Shown: positions 44,431-52,795 of the stretch, piece after piece
Position numbering within the stretch: position 1 is the first letter of the stretch
Layout: each line of letters begins with the position of its first letter
Notes under the pieces: model-generated
Database searches by the model: none
The model's input: the letters and a program-made list of their open reading frames with translations, nothing else
Told to the model about the DNA's origin: nothing
Translations under genes and position numbers: made by a program
Sequence record: MN508624.2
From: Enterobacter phage EC-F2
Length of the DNA: 64,000 nt
Strand: one strand, 5' to 3'

Positions 44431-44837
44431 AAGGTCAGCGTTTTTGCCAGTTCAAACCGTTCGTCGATCGTCGTGTCACATTCATCGAAAATCAGGTTGA
44501 TTGCCTGATACTTGATCGTTTGTCCACGGAAAATGGTATTCAGATCTTGTTTTTTCGACAGAATGAAAGACGAATCATCGCCCTTATCCAGTCCATGTTC
44601 TGTCGCAGCACAAATACCCATTTGCTTTGTCGGTGCAACGTAGATATTCAGTGTCCCTTTCGACTGCTTGATGATATCGAAAGCTGCTTTGGTTTTACCC
44701 GACATCCGGCCCATATCCAGCGCAGTTTCGAAAATAGACACACCGCCGCATTCTTGCCCCCAACGCCCATCAATGATTCGCGCAAGGTGCAGGTTACGTG
44801 ACTGCTTTACAGCGTCAACATAGAATTGTGAAATCAT
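44367..44837 (-). CDS. small P-loop NTPase-like protein (GRMSGKT Walker A, LIFDECD Walker B); its 3' end reads into the HNH gene
   Basis: Motifs seen. The C-terminal 21 codons overlap the HNH ORF start. Confidence 0.4.
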   Translation of the reverse strand: MISQFYVDAVKQSRNLHLARIIDGRWGQECGGVSIFETALDMGRMSGKTKAAFDIIKQSKGTLNIYVAPTKQMGICAATEHGLDKGDDSSFILSKKQDLNTIFRGQTIKYQAINLIFDECDTTIDERFELAKTLTLCMRSSHLHPFPYIHIIRLGM

Positions 44838-44846
44838 GTTGTCGCC

Positions 44847-45242
44847 TTATGCAAGTTCAACGTGTGGTGCGTCGATAAATTTCGTTTCAATAGGAAGATT
44901 TGGATCGTTCTTCCAGTTGATACCGTAACGCAGTTTTACACCCTGTTCATCAGCGGCTTGTTTCACTGCATTCAGGACAGGCAACCACACTTTCGGGTTA
45001 GTCTGCCAGCCAGCAGGGAGAACGCTAGGATACAGATCCACAGCATCACCAGTGATGTGTTTTGAGTTCATGGTCTGGGAAACACCCTTGCGGACGTTCT
45101 CGCGCTGTTGCTCTACGGTGCGCAAACCTTCGCGTACACCAAAATCAACAGGTGAGAGTTCCAGAGCACGTTTTACTACCTTAACCAGTTCCGGCTTCAC
45201 GCCTTGCAGGTTGTTCAGGCTTTTCTGACTAAATTTAAACAT
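44847..45242 (-). CDS. peptidase M15-family (VanY / L-Ala-D-Glu peptidase-like) cell-wall hydrolase
   Basis: SKHITGDAVDL (HxxGxAxD) and DAPHVE motifs. Confidence 0.55.
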   Translation of the reverse strand: MFKFSQKSLNNLQGVKPELVKVVKRALELSPVDFGVREGLRTVEQQRENVRKGVSQTMNSKHITGDAVDLYPSVLPAGWQTNPKVWLPVLNAVKQAADEQGVKLRYGINWKNDPNLPIETKFIDAPHVELA

Positions 45243-45312
45243 ACATACCTCTATTATGAAAATACCCTATATGGGCTACACAGGGTATTTACGGTTTAAG
45301 AGGCGCAACGTT

Positions 45313-45738
45313 TTACATGTAACCCCAAATTGCATCTTCCGCGCGATCGCGTTTCCAGCGAATCGTCATTTCAACACTCTCCTGTTTGTCATCAGGAGGA
45401 AGTTTATCATTATTGATTTGTTCAATATATGCTTGCGCATCTGCTTCGCTACGGAACAACGCATGGAAATTATAATGGTTGCGCCCAGTTACGTTACGAT
45501 CATCCAGAGAGAATTGACCTTTATTTTCCCAATCATCATACACAGTGATTCCGTTAACAAACAGCCCCAGCCCACGATGTTCACGCGGGAAGCCAGTGAT
45601 GATATGTTTTCGACCCATCTGTGCCTTTTCACCAGTGATACTGATTACTTCGTACAGGATTGCGCCAGGTTTGATATCTTTCAGGACAGCACGTTTTTCA
45701 AAAGCGTTCATAATGTATTCCTCACAATTAGTTTTCAT
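45313..45738 (-). CDS. hypothetical protein (141 aa)
   Basis: ORF. Confidence 0.5.
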   Translation of the reverse strand: MKTNCEEYIMNAFEKRAVLKDIKPGAILYEVISITGEKAQMGRKHIITGFPREHRGLGLFVNGITVYDDWENKGQFSLDDRNVTGRNHYNFHALFRSEADAQAYIEQINNDKLPPDDKQESVEMTIRWKRDRAEDAIWGYM

Positions 45739-45766
45739 ATACAGATTACCACAATCTGTTTTGATG

Positions 45767-46087
45767 TCAACAAGGTTTATCGTTTTTATTTGGGAAAGTT
45801 AGCGTAAACAGGCGATCGTGTAATGCCTCGATCCGGTCATACGCTTGTTTCAGGATCGTCTTATCTTCTGGGTTCGTTGTCTCGATGCAGATCAGTTCGT
45901 CCGAGTCGATAGCGATCACATCATCCATCAGTGAAGCGAATACGTTCACGTCAGGGTGAGTCAATTCCTTTATCTCCGCTTCCATCCCGTCATGCTGGGA
46001 TAACAGTTCGATGATATCGCGCTGTAAATCTCCCTGGTACGGGAATCCGGTTTGAAGATGGTTGATAATTCTTTCTGCTTTGGTCAT
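45767..46087 (-). CDS. hypothetical protein (106 aa)
   Basis: ORF. Confidence 0.5.
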   Translation of the reverse strand: MTKAERIINHLQTGFPYQGDLQRDIIELLSQHDGMEAEIKELTHPDVNVFASLMDDVIAIDSDELICIETTNPEDKTILKQAYDRIEALHDRLFTLTFPNKNDKPC

Positions 46088-46094
46088 ATTTCAC

Positions 46095-46125
46095 CTACAA
46101 AAAAGCCCCTTTCGGGGCTGGGATT
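46095..46125 (-). terminator. hairpin agccccgaaaggggct + T6 (minus strand)
   Basis: After the stop of the 46124 gene. Confidence 0.5.
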
Positions 46126-46387
46126 AAATGTCTTTGCACTGGCAAACACCGTATTTGGTGAAAGGCTTGTCACCGCTCAGGTAAGACCAGAAATCGCAAG
46201 CCTGTTCAGCGGTTTCGAAGATTGCAGCATCATAGAAGCCGTGTTCTTCGTTACCATCTTTATTGAGGAACACAGGAAGCCAGCTTTGCGGTTTGAAGCA
46301 GTCAGTAACAACTACCCAACCTTCTTTCGCTTTCATTGCTTCTTTGTTCGCTTCAACCATTTCCAGCATTTCGTTCAGTAAGTTCAT
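46124..46387 (-). CDS. hypothetical protein (87 aa)
   Basis: ORF. Confidence 0.5.
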   Translation of the reverse strand: MNLLNEMLEMVEANKEAMKAKEGWVVVTDCFKPQSWLPVFLNKDGNEEHGFYDAAIFETAEQACDFWSYLSGDKPFTKYGVCQCKDI

Positions 46388-46459
46388 TTTAATCCCCTTG
46401 TTTATCTGTTTCGTTGTCTACGAGAGAGATATTACCACAACGGGGATTAGTGTCAACAG

Positions 46460-46723
46460 TTATTCGAAACGAATTGTGCTATTTTTGAAAAACATTCCAG
46501 AGCACACAGATCCTTTGATCTGCTTGCCGTTCACACCAGTTGCTTCGAATCCGGTTGAATATGTGTCTTTTTCGGAACACGCAAACCACTTGTAACCCGT
46601 GAACTGGATGTTCGTATAACCCTGTGCTTCCAGGATACGCTGTGCTTCTTTCTCGTCAGTACAGCTTGACTGCAAGAGCACAACAACGGCAACCATCAAA
46701 ATACACACAACAATTTTCCACAT
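46460..46723 (-). CDS. putative lipoprotein/secreted protein (MWKIVVCILMVAVVVLLQSSC...)
   Basis: Signal peptide with Cys after LLQSS. Confidence 0.5.
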   Translation of the reverse strand: MWKIVVCILMVAVVVLLQSSCTDEKEAQRILEAQGYTNIQFTGYKWFACSEKDTYSTGFEATGVNGKQIKGSVCSGMFFKNSTIRFE

Positions 46724-46726
46724 AAT

Positions 46727-47155
46727 TTATACTCTTTTAAGGTTAGTTTTGCTGGCTTCGATCCAGCTTACTTGGTTAGATCCAATATCACCCAGACATA
46801 CAGTTGTATGACTAAATGTGTTCGGTAAAGAAACACCATCAGGAGATAACAACAAATCATGTACACTTACGCTGGTTGCATACAAATAACCACCGGACGT
46901 ATACAGTGTTTTTATGAAATCATATGAATCGTTGGGCCACTTGAAACGGTATTTCTGGTTCCAGAGTTCAACTTCATGCACATCATATTCATCGAACAGG
47001 GGATCGTTGCCCTTTGTCGCTTCGTAAAGCGCACCGCGCCATTCAACTAAATCCGCTTCGATATCACTTACACAAAACTCTTCTTTTGCGCTCAGTTTAT
47101 CAAGCATCATTTCAATAGTGCGGATAGCCATGCTTAATTCACGATCGAGTTTCAT
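46727..47155 (-). CDS. hypothetical protein (start MKLDREL; ATGA overlap)
   Basis: The internal Met gives an exact ATGA junction with the upstream gene. Confidence 0.45.
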   Translation of the reverse strand: MKLDRELSMAIRTIEMMLDKLSAKEEFCVSDIEADLVEWRGALYEATKGNDPLFDEYDVHEVELWNQKYRFKWPNDSYDFIKTLYTSGGYLYATSVSVHDLLLSPDGVSLPNTFSHTTVCLGDIGSNQVSWIEASKTNLKRV

Positions 47156-47475
47156 ACAATACCCTCTTCTTCGAGCACTTCCCAGATCAGGCGATCCAGG
47201 TGCATCAGGTTCCACATAACGGAGTCATACGAACCCAGCGAGCGGGAGTAAATCACTCCCCATGAACGATAAGCCTTTTGGAATGATTCAGCACTGTTTT
47301 CATCGTGCGGCATATCGTCACCCGAAGCGATCAGCAGTTTCAGAACCATCAGGCTATTAAGCGCCTTTGGCGTGAATTCTTGTTCGCTTAACTTCATCGC
47401 GTAGCGTTCGATGATCGCGATTGACTTCGGATCTTTAATACGCCCATCTGTACGGCGCGTTTTAAACGCGCTCAT
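47152..47475 (-). CDS. hypothetical protein (start uncertain; alternatives at 47505/47565)
   Basis: The ORF overlaps the upstream gene if the first Met is used. Confidence 0.4.
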   Translation of the reverse strand: MSAFKTRRTDGRIKDPKSIAIIERYAMKLSEQEFTPKALNSLMVLKLLIASGDDMPHDENSAESFQKAYRSWGVIYSRSLGSYDSVMWNLMHLDRLIWEVLEEEGIV

Positions 47476-47479
47476 TAAT

Positions 47480-47860
47480 TCATCGACTACGGCGATACAC
47501 TTCATATGCTTCATCCTTTTCCTGTGCAGACATCCGATTATAGCGGATCTCTTCGCGCTGTTCAACTTCTCTCACGGCTTCGGCTTTCTTCTCAGCAGTG
47601 AGTATGTGATGAACTACAGCGTTTCGGATTCCCCAGAGATATTCAATCATCTGCATATCTTCAACGGTGTGATAACCTTTCGCATCACATTCAAATACAA
47701 TTTCATCGCGTTCTGTCATTGCTAACTGTGCAGTAGAAGGACAAATAACCATTCCAGAGTATTTTTCAATCAACGATTCCAGTGTACGCGGTTTTGCTGG
47801 AATGTCAATAGATACCGGAACCATTCGCATCGTTGAATCGTTATGGGATTGATAAATCAT
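47480..47860 (-). CDS. hypothetical protein (126 aa)
   Basis: ATGA overlap with the upstream gene. Confidence 0.5.
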   Translation of the reverse strand: MIYQSHNDSTMRMVPVSIDIPAKPRTLESLIEKYSGMVICPSTAQLAMTERDEIVFECDAKGYHTVEDMQMIEYLWGIRNAVVHHILTAEKKAEAVREVEQREEIRYNRMSAQEKDEAYEVYRRSR

Positions 47861-48153
47861 CAGTAAGTAATCTCCGCAAACTGCATTCTACGCTCAATCG
47901 CATGGATAGCGTTATCACGCTGTTCTTTGTTTTCATATCCAGCCCAGGTAATCGGGGTTGAACAGATCAGGTGAAAAGTGATTGCTGGGTGTCTCTTCCC
48001 TTCAACAACGATTGTTGCATCATCTTCGATCCAGGTTACGTGATCCAGATTCACCGGATAGTTTCTTACGGTAACAGATTCACCAACCAAAGGCGACACG
48101 TCCAGAATATCACGATCGCTGACATATGATTTAATACGAGATACGATTAACAT
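47860..48153 (-). CDS. hypothetical protein (97 aa), translationally coupled to the radical-SAM gene
   Basis: Stop/start overlap at 48153. Confidence 0.5.
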   Translation of the reverse strand: MLIVSRIKSYVSDRDILDVSPLVGESVTVRNYPVNLDHVTWIEDDATIVVEGKRHPAITFHLICSTPITWAGYENKEQRDNAIHAIERRMQFAEITY

Positions 48154-49304
48154 TATTTTAACTCCACTGCATATACATCGGTTTCAGGGGCTTTGTGTAC
48201 GCGCATATCTTTACCACATACCGCATAAGCCGGACAGTTACGGCAACCGTTATGATCCTTGTTGCCCGTCAGTTCTTTACGGAACTGTTTTGTTTTCGGG
48301 TGTTCCCAGATATCCTTCACAAAATCTTCGGCTTCCAGAACATCCAGACCTTCTTCCCAGCCACCTTCAACCCAGCGTTCGGTAAACGAGCAAGGGAAGA
48401 ACTGACCACGTTCGTTGATATAAGAGCTAAACATCGTCGCTTCACAGTCTTCGGCGTATTGCTTGTACTGTTCGAAGTTCGGGTGTCCCTCCATCGCTTC
48501 AACGAAAGCGGGGGCTGAACAGCTATCGAATCCAAATCCTACACCAGAATCGAGGCAATATTCAACAAGTTTTTTATATTGTTCGCGGGTAACGGTGTCC
48601 CAGTTCTTACCGCGTCCTTTTTGTTTCAGTCCCAGGAACACGATCGCGTTGACTTGTTTCAGGCGCGGATCATTCTTCACGGCATCAACCACGTTAAACG
48701 CATCATCATAGGTTTTCGAGCTAACCATGAAGTGAAGGTTGATTTGCTGTTGTCCGGCTTCTGTCAGGTTCGCTACTGAGTCGAAAGCGACATCAAAACC
48801 AGCGTGTTTATAAACCGATACCGCAACAGCCCCAGCAACCGCCGCTAAACGCGCTGCAACGTCTTTTGATACGTCAGCAATGGTAAGGTTCGGCACAATG
48901 CCTTTAGAACGCGCATACGCCATCATATCGAACATATCGGGGTTTGTTTGCCCCTGTGCATCAGCACCGAGTGCGCATTGAGTAAGCCAGGGCATTTTGT
49001 CGATGATTTTTTTGAAGTTGGCAAGATCCATGTTGAACCCGTTCGGGTTATTGGACTTGTAGCAGAACCCGCAGAGTTTACCCGCTGGACCGTTGCATTT
49101 GGTAGTGATCTCGATATCGAGAATTTCGGGGAATGGTGCGTATTCTGGATCGTGGGAATATGTTGCACCCCAGCGAGCGAATTCACCAGTATCAACGTTG
49201 AAATTATAGTTGTAGAACTTCGAGCGAGCGAAGCGCATATTGCCGTGTTGATAGATGAACAGGGACGGCGCTTTGATGCTGGTAACGATATCGACAGTTT
49301 TCAT
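48153..49304 (-). CDS. radical-SAM-like enzyme with atypical Cys spacing and a C-terminal Cys cluster (start set at MKTVDIV)
   Basis: TTKCNGPAGKLCGFCY (C-x8-C-x2-C), glycine-rich GADAQGQTNPD region. C-terminal CSF...NGCRNCPAYAVCG is twitch/SPASM-like. Confidence 0.5.
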   Translation of the reverse strand: MKTVDIVTSIKAPSLFIYQHGNMRFARSKFYNYNFNVDTGEFARWGATYSHDPEYAPFPEILDIEITTKCNGPAGKLCGFCYKSNNPNGFNMDLANFKKIIDKMPWLTQCALGADAQGQTNPDMFDMMAYARSKGIVPNLTIADVSKDVAARLAAVAGAVAVSVYKHAGFDVAFDSVANLTEAGQQQINLHFMVSSKTYDDAFNVVDAVKNDPRLKQVNAIVFLGLKQKGRGKNWDTVTREQYKKLVEYCLDSGVGFGFDSCSAPAFVEAMEGHPNFEQYKQYAEDCEATMFSSYINERGQFFPCSFTERWVEGGWEEGLDVLEAEDFVKDIWEHPKTKQFRKELTGNKDHNGCRNCPAYAVCGKDMRVHKAPETDVYAVELK

Positions 49305-49314
49305 AATATAATTC

Positions 49315-49521
49315 TCAAAATTTAACATGGGATTGGAAGACAGCGCGAGCAAGGCTTTCATTGTCGAACGGTATCGACTGGTGTTTCTCTTTGCTGTCAA
49401 TGTTAACGCGCCAGAACTCACTCGAACCGTTTTTGGTGGAGTAATGCATCAGCGTTACCGTTTTATTCTTTTCCAGGAAAGTACGTTTGTCAATCTCTGT
49501 TTTGATTTCGTGCTGCATCAT
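49315..49521 (-). CDS. hypothetical protein (68 aa)
   Basis: ORF. Confidence 0.45.
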   Translation of the reverse strand: MMQHEIKTEIDKRTFLEKNKTVTLMHYSTKNGSSEFWRVNIDSKEKHQSIPFDNESLARAVFQSHVKF

Positions 49522-49778
49522 TTTACACTCCGTTTCAGTTTACGTTCGTCAGCCAGTTCTTTTTTGTACAGTTTAATGTACTTCCCGTTAAGGGTGCGAA
49601 GCTGTTGGAAAACCTTGTTGCACAAAGCACGTTTCGCTTTGTATTCCGGCGTATTGCGGATTGATTCGATCGTCATACCCATTTCGTTTTTAGGGTAAGC
49701 GCTTAACTCCGCGCCGATCTCTCTGTACCAGTTGCTTAACTGATCACGCTGTGCTTTGTACTCTTCAAAAGTTAACAT
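49518..49778 (-). CDS. hypothetical basic protein (86 aa)
   Basis: ORF. Confidence 0.5.
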   Translation of the reverse strand: MLTFEEYKAQRDQLSNWYREIGAELSAYPKNEMGMTIESIRNTPEYKAKRALCNKVFQQLRTLNGKYIKLYKKELADERKLKRSVK

Positions 49779-49924
49779 TATAACTGATCTCCGTAATCTT
49801 TCGCTGCATCTTCGGGGGTTGCATCCAGTCGGTAAAGCTCAACGGCTAACGGACTGGGTTTGATTTCGCGGTTCAGGATCTCACTGATACCGCGAAGGAA
49901 TTCGATATAAGGACGGAATCTCAT
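49779..49924 (-). CDS. 47-aa hypothetical protein (not in track)
   Basis: ATGA overlap at 49921-49924. Stop abuts the next ATG. Confidence 0.35.
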
Positions 49925-50172
49925 TTGATACGTACCGCGTTAAAAGCCTGGTTGCGCAGTTCATAAGCCTGTTCAAGCTGTTCAGTAGTGAACAGAGGGC
50001 TATCGGTATTAGTGGTGAAACTACAAATGGTTTTGTTGTCGGCGTTGACTTCTTCAACAACGATTTCATAACCCCATGCCCCACTGTACTCACATTTCAC
50101 GTTCCGGTACTTGATGTAAACTGCTGCAACATCTTCTTTTTTGTAGTTCCGGCTTTTGTAGATGATTTCCAT
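49921..50172 (-). CDS. hypothetical protein (83 aa)
   Basis: Preceded by the leader motif CACACATCGAAACGAAGGAGG. Confidence 0.5.
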   Translation of the reverse strand: MEIIYKSRNYKKEDVAAVYIKYRNVKCEYSGAWGYEIVVEEVNADNKTICSFTTNTDSPLFTTEQLEQAYELRNQAFNAVRIK

Positions 50173-50226
50173 GATTTCCTCCTTCGTTTCGATGTGTGTA
50201 CAATAACAGATCAGGGTTATGGAGTT

Positions 50227-50400
50227 TTAGCAATTCGTGCTAATTACAGTAGCATTTCCATTTGCAACAGAACGCTCCAGGGATTCGGCGGTAACAGTGA
50301 ATTCAGGGAACCATTGACCGATATTGCTTGACCACCACCAGACATTCACGCCGTCAGTTTTGAATTCGATGTTCAGGTAGTTACTGAAAATATGTTTCAT
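50227..50400 (-). CDS. hypothetical Trp-rich protein (57 aa, start MKHIFSN)
   Basis: Internal ATG after SD aagggga. Avoids overlap. Confidence 0.4.
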   Translation of the reverse strand: MKHIFSNYLNIEFKTDGVNVWWWSSNIGQWFPEFTVTAESLERSVANGNATVISTNC

Positions 50401-50410
50401 GTTATTCCCC

Positions 50411-50689
50411 TTATGCCATTTTCTTAGCGATTTTCCATGCGGCTTTGAACGCTGGAACATCTTCAACATCAACCCAGAAACCAGAACCGAAACCATCGTT
50501 GTAGCAAGGGCAACCGTCGCAGTAGTTTTCCCAGGTCATCACTTTACCACCAACAGAAGCACCAGTTTCCATCGCACGTAATGCATCTTCAACTTTTTCC
50601 AGTTTTTCTGCATTGTCGTCATAAATGATGAAGTACCATTTGCCGTTGTATTCGTTACCCAGTTTGATTGCTTCGCGAACAAGTTTCAT
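50411..50689 (-). CDS. hypothetical protein (92 aa, start MKLVREAIK)
   Basis: The true start follows the PeSL leader. The longer ORF-track version includes the leader. Confidence 0.5.
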   Translation of the reverse strand: MKLVREAIKLGNEYNGKWYFIIYDDNAEKLEKVEDALRAMETGASVGGKVMTWENYCDGCPCYNDGFGSGFWVDVEDVPAFKAAWKIAKKMA

Positions 50690-50699
50690 GATGTTTTCC

Positions 50700-50765
50700 T
50701 TTCTCTGTTTCGTTTCGATGTGTGTAATATAACAAAAGCCCCTGGCGGTTGCAAGGGGCTTTTTA
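50700..50765 (-). repeat. PeSL-like cassette (hairpin gcccctggcggttgcaaggggc + TTATATTACACACATCGAAACGAAACAGAGAAAGGAAAA)
   Basis: Near-identical to the cassette at 52411-52487. Confidence 0.6.
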
Positions 50766-50776
50766 AACAAAAAGTG

Positions 50777-51022
50777 CTATTTTGTTTCTTCGAGGATTCG
50801 AAGGATTTCGGCGCGGGTGATTGGATGTTTTGCCAGCTCACGGATCGCGTGGTCAACGTGTATCTTACACATCAAAAACTTCTCCCCGCACTTGTCGCAT
50901 GTTGCATACATATCGCCATGTATACGCCCGATTGCATCAGTCACCCAATAACGCATCCATGCATAAGGAGTTCCCCGCATCCATCCGGTAGCAACATGAT
51001 TGCATTTACGTTTACCGAACAT
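50777..51022 (-). CDS. small Cys/His-rich protein (CDKCGEKF...C..HVDH), possible zinc finger
   Basis: ORF. Confidence 0.45.
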   Translation of the reverse strand: MFGKRKCNHVATGWMRGTPYAWMRYWVTDAIGRIHGDMYATCDKCGEKFLMCKIHVDHAIRELAKHPITRAEILRILEETK

Positions 51023-51023
51023 A

Positions 51024-51626
51024 TCACCACCCGTTAGGATTGCGGAAATGGGTTTGCCAGTAGCGCAGTTGTTCGCGGTTCATGTTTTGGTTATCAATCA
51101 CCATACCCTGAATCATCTGCAACATCATGCGGGTTTGATTGACATCCTCCAGGCTCGCTATACGCTGTTTTAAGGCTTTGTTTTCCTCTTCTAACTCAAC
51201 CATACGGTTGTATGCGTTGACGCGCTCCAGAGGCATATCAGGGCGCTCTTTGAGGACACGGGCGCGGGATACTTCGCATTCGTGATTTGCTTTCCAGTGC
51301 GCGGCTTCTGATTCTGCTTTTTGCTTGTCTCGAAGCGCGAGTGACAGATCGCTAACCAGATCCAGAACCGTTTGCGGATCTACGGTTTCCAGATATTTTC
51401 CGAGACCCTCTTCCCAGCTTTTAATCTGTGTAGGGCTGTCGCCATATGGAACACCATATGAGAACGCGCGTTTATACTCTTTGCCCCTGAAACCATATTC
51501 CTGATTTCCCTGGATGCTCATATTTTCAACGAGAGTCCACTTACTACCCATCATAGAAGAAATCGAACGGGCTGATTTTTCAATTTCTTCAAGTTTTTCA
51601 CTTGTTACTTTCATTTTGTACTCCAC
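51024..51626 (-). CDS. hypothetical coiled-coil protein (200 aa)
   Basis: ORF. Confidence 0.55.
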   Translation of the reverse strand: MEYKMKVTSEKLEEIEKSARSISSMMGSKWTLVENMSIQGNQEYGFRGKEYKRAFSYGVPYGDSPTQIKSWEEGLGKYLETVDPQTVLDLVSDLSLALRDKQKAESEAAHWKANHECEVSRARVLKERPDMPLERVNAYNRMVELEEENKALKQRIASLEDVNQTRMMLQMIQGMVIDNQNMNREQLRYWQTHFRNPNGW

Positions 51627-52027
51627 AAATCATATTGTGCGCGAAGGATAGCGTAAAGGCTACCGATATTGATTGAATCGACCGGACACTGGAACAAATC
51701 AGAGCGCATCATATTGAACTCAATATTGTTCTGTTCAACGAAGTTACCGATCATTGATGTCCAGCCCATCACCAGGTTATATCCGTCTTCGGATAACCCG
51801 TAAGCTAGGTTAACCCTGATACAACGCTTATCAGCCAGTTCTACGCTGATACAGTTACTTGAATGCATGGAATTGCATGGGAATTTGCTAGGAAACTTAC
51901 GGAACATCTGGGTAAGGAGTTTAGCCGTTTCAATGTTGATTGCGCGTTCCTGATCCCTTTGCGCCTGGTTGTCATGACGGCGATTCAGATACTTTTCCAT
52001 TTTTGGGTTGAGATTCACATGTTGCAT
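51611..52027 (-). CDS. hypothetical protein (138 aa)
   Basis: ORF. Confidence 0.5.
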   Translation of the reverse strand: MQHVNLNPKMEKYLNRRHDNQAQRDQERAINIETAKLLTQMFRKFPSKFPCNSMHSSNCISVELADKRCIRVNLAYGLSEDGYNLVMGWTSMIGNFVEQNNIEFNMMRSDLFQCPVDSINIGSLYAILRAQYDLWSTK

Positions 52028-52236
52028 AATATATTCCTCACAGGTTTAAAGCGTTCTTTTCCGGTTCCATTACATGAACTGCATTTCGGAGATCGGTCGC
52101 TATCATATCGCCCCGATCCGTTACATGCAACACATTTCCGTAATTTCCAGCCATACACGAACCGCATGTAATAATCGGTTCGTGCGGCCTTGCGTTCGTG
52201 GAAGTTCATACTTTGTTGTAAACCTGAACCAGCCAC
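52015..52236 (-). CDS. DnaJ-type zinc-finger-like small protein (CVACNGSGR...CSSCNGTGK)
   Basis: Two CxxCxGxG repeats. Confidence 0.5.
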   Translation of the reverse strand: MAGSGLQQSMNFHERKAARTDYYMRFVYGWKLRKCVACNGSGRYDSDRSPKCSSCNGTGKERFKPVRNILCNM

Positions 52237-52409
52237 ATTTCGATGTTCGGCGCGTAAGTAACGTTTACCATCGGCATAGTGCGGTATTTGTAAGCGGCTT
52301 TGTATGCTTCCAGTTCGGTCGCAACACAGAAAGAGAAACCGTTGTCATAACGTTCGGCGTTAGCAACTTCACAACCAACAACAGCAGCAATGTTTTTGTT
52401 CATGTTCAT
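52206..52409 (-). CDS. hypothetical protein (67 aa)
   Basis: First ORF after the PeSL cassette. Confidence 0.5.
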   Translation of the reverse strand: MNMNKNIAAVVGCEVANAERYDNGFSFCVATELEAYKAAYKYRTMPMVNVTYAPNIEMWLVQVYNKV

Positions 52410-52410
52410 G

Positions 52411-52487
52411 ATGATTTTCCTTTCTCTGTTTCGTTTCGATGTGTGTAATATAACAAAGCCCCTGCATTACTGCAAGGGCTTTTTTGA
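52411..52487 (-). repeat. PeSL-like cassette (hairpin gcccctgcattactgcaagggc + conserved promoter/leader)
   Basis: Identical 40-nt leader to 50700-50740. Confidence 0.6.
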
Positions 52488-52489
52488 TA

Positions 52490-52795
52490 TTATTCGAAAT
52501 TTTCCGGCAATTGATCTACAAGTGCTTGAGTTTGATGAAGTTCTTCACTCAATTTATCGCGATAATGAACCAGTTCGCGGGTTCTTGCCGCTGAATAGCT
52601 AATGATTTTATCAGCAGTAGCGGTGTACCCGTAGCCGGAACACGCAATTTCCAGCTTTGCATTATCACCGTTAGGTACGCGGATATGAGCATAACCAAGC
52701 AGGTTTTTAACCGCTTGCAACAGGTCATGATCTTCTTTACCGATGATAAACTGGTTTGGTTCTACTGAATCAATAAGTTCTTCGTCTTTGTTCAT
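52490..52795 (-). CDS. hypothetical protein (101 aa)
   Basis: ORF. Confidence 0.5.
   Translation of the reverse strand: MNKDEELIDSVEPNQFIIGKEDHDLLQAVKNLLGYAHIRVPNGDNAKLEIACSGYGYTATADKIISYSAARTRELVHYRDKLSEELHQTQALVDQLPENFE

Noticed and set aside
45256-45807. 183-aa plus-strand ORF
   Set aside because: It is antisense to two well-formed minus-strand genes, and its translation has non-coding-like composition.
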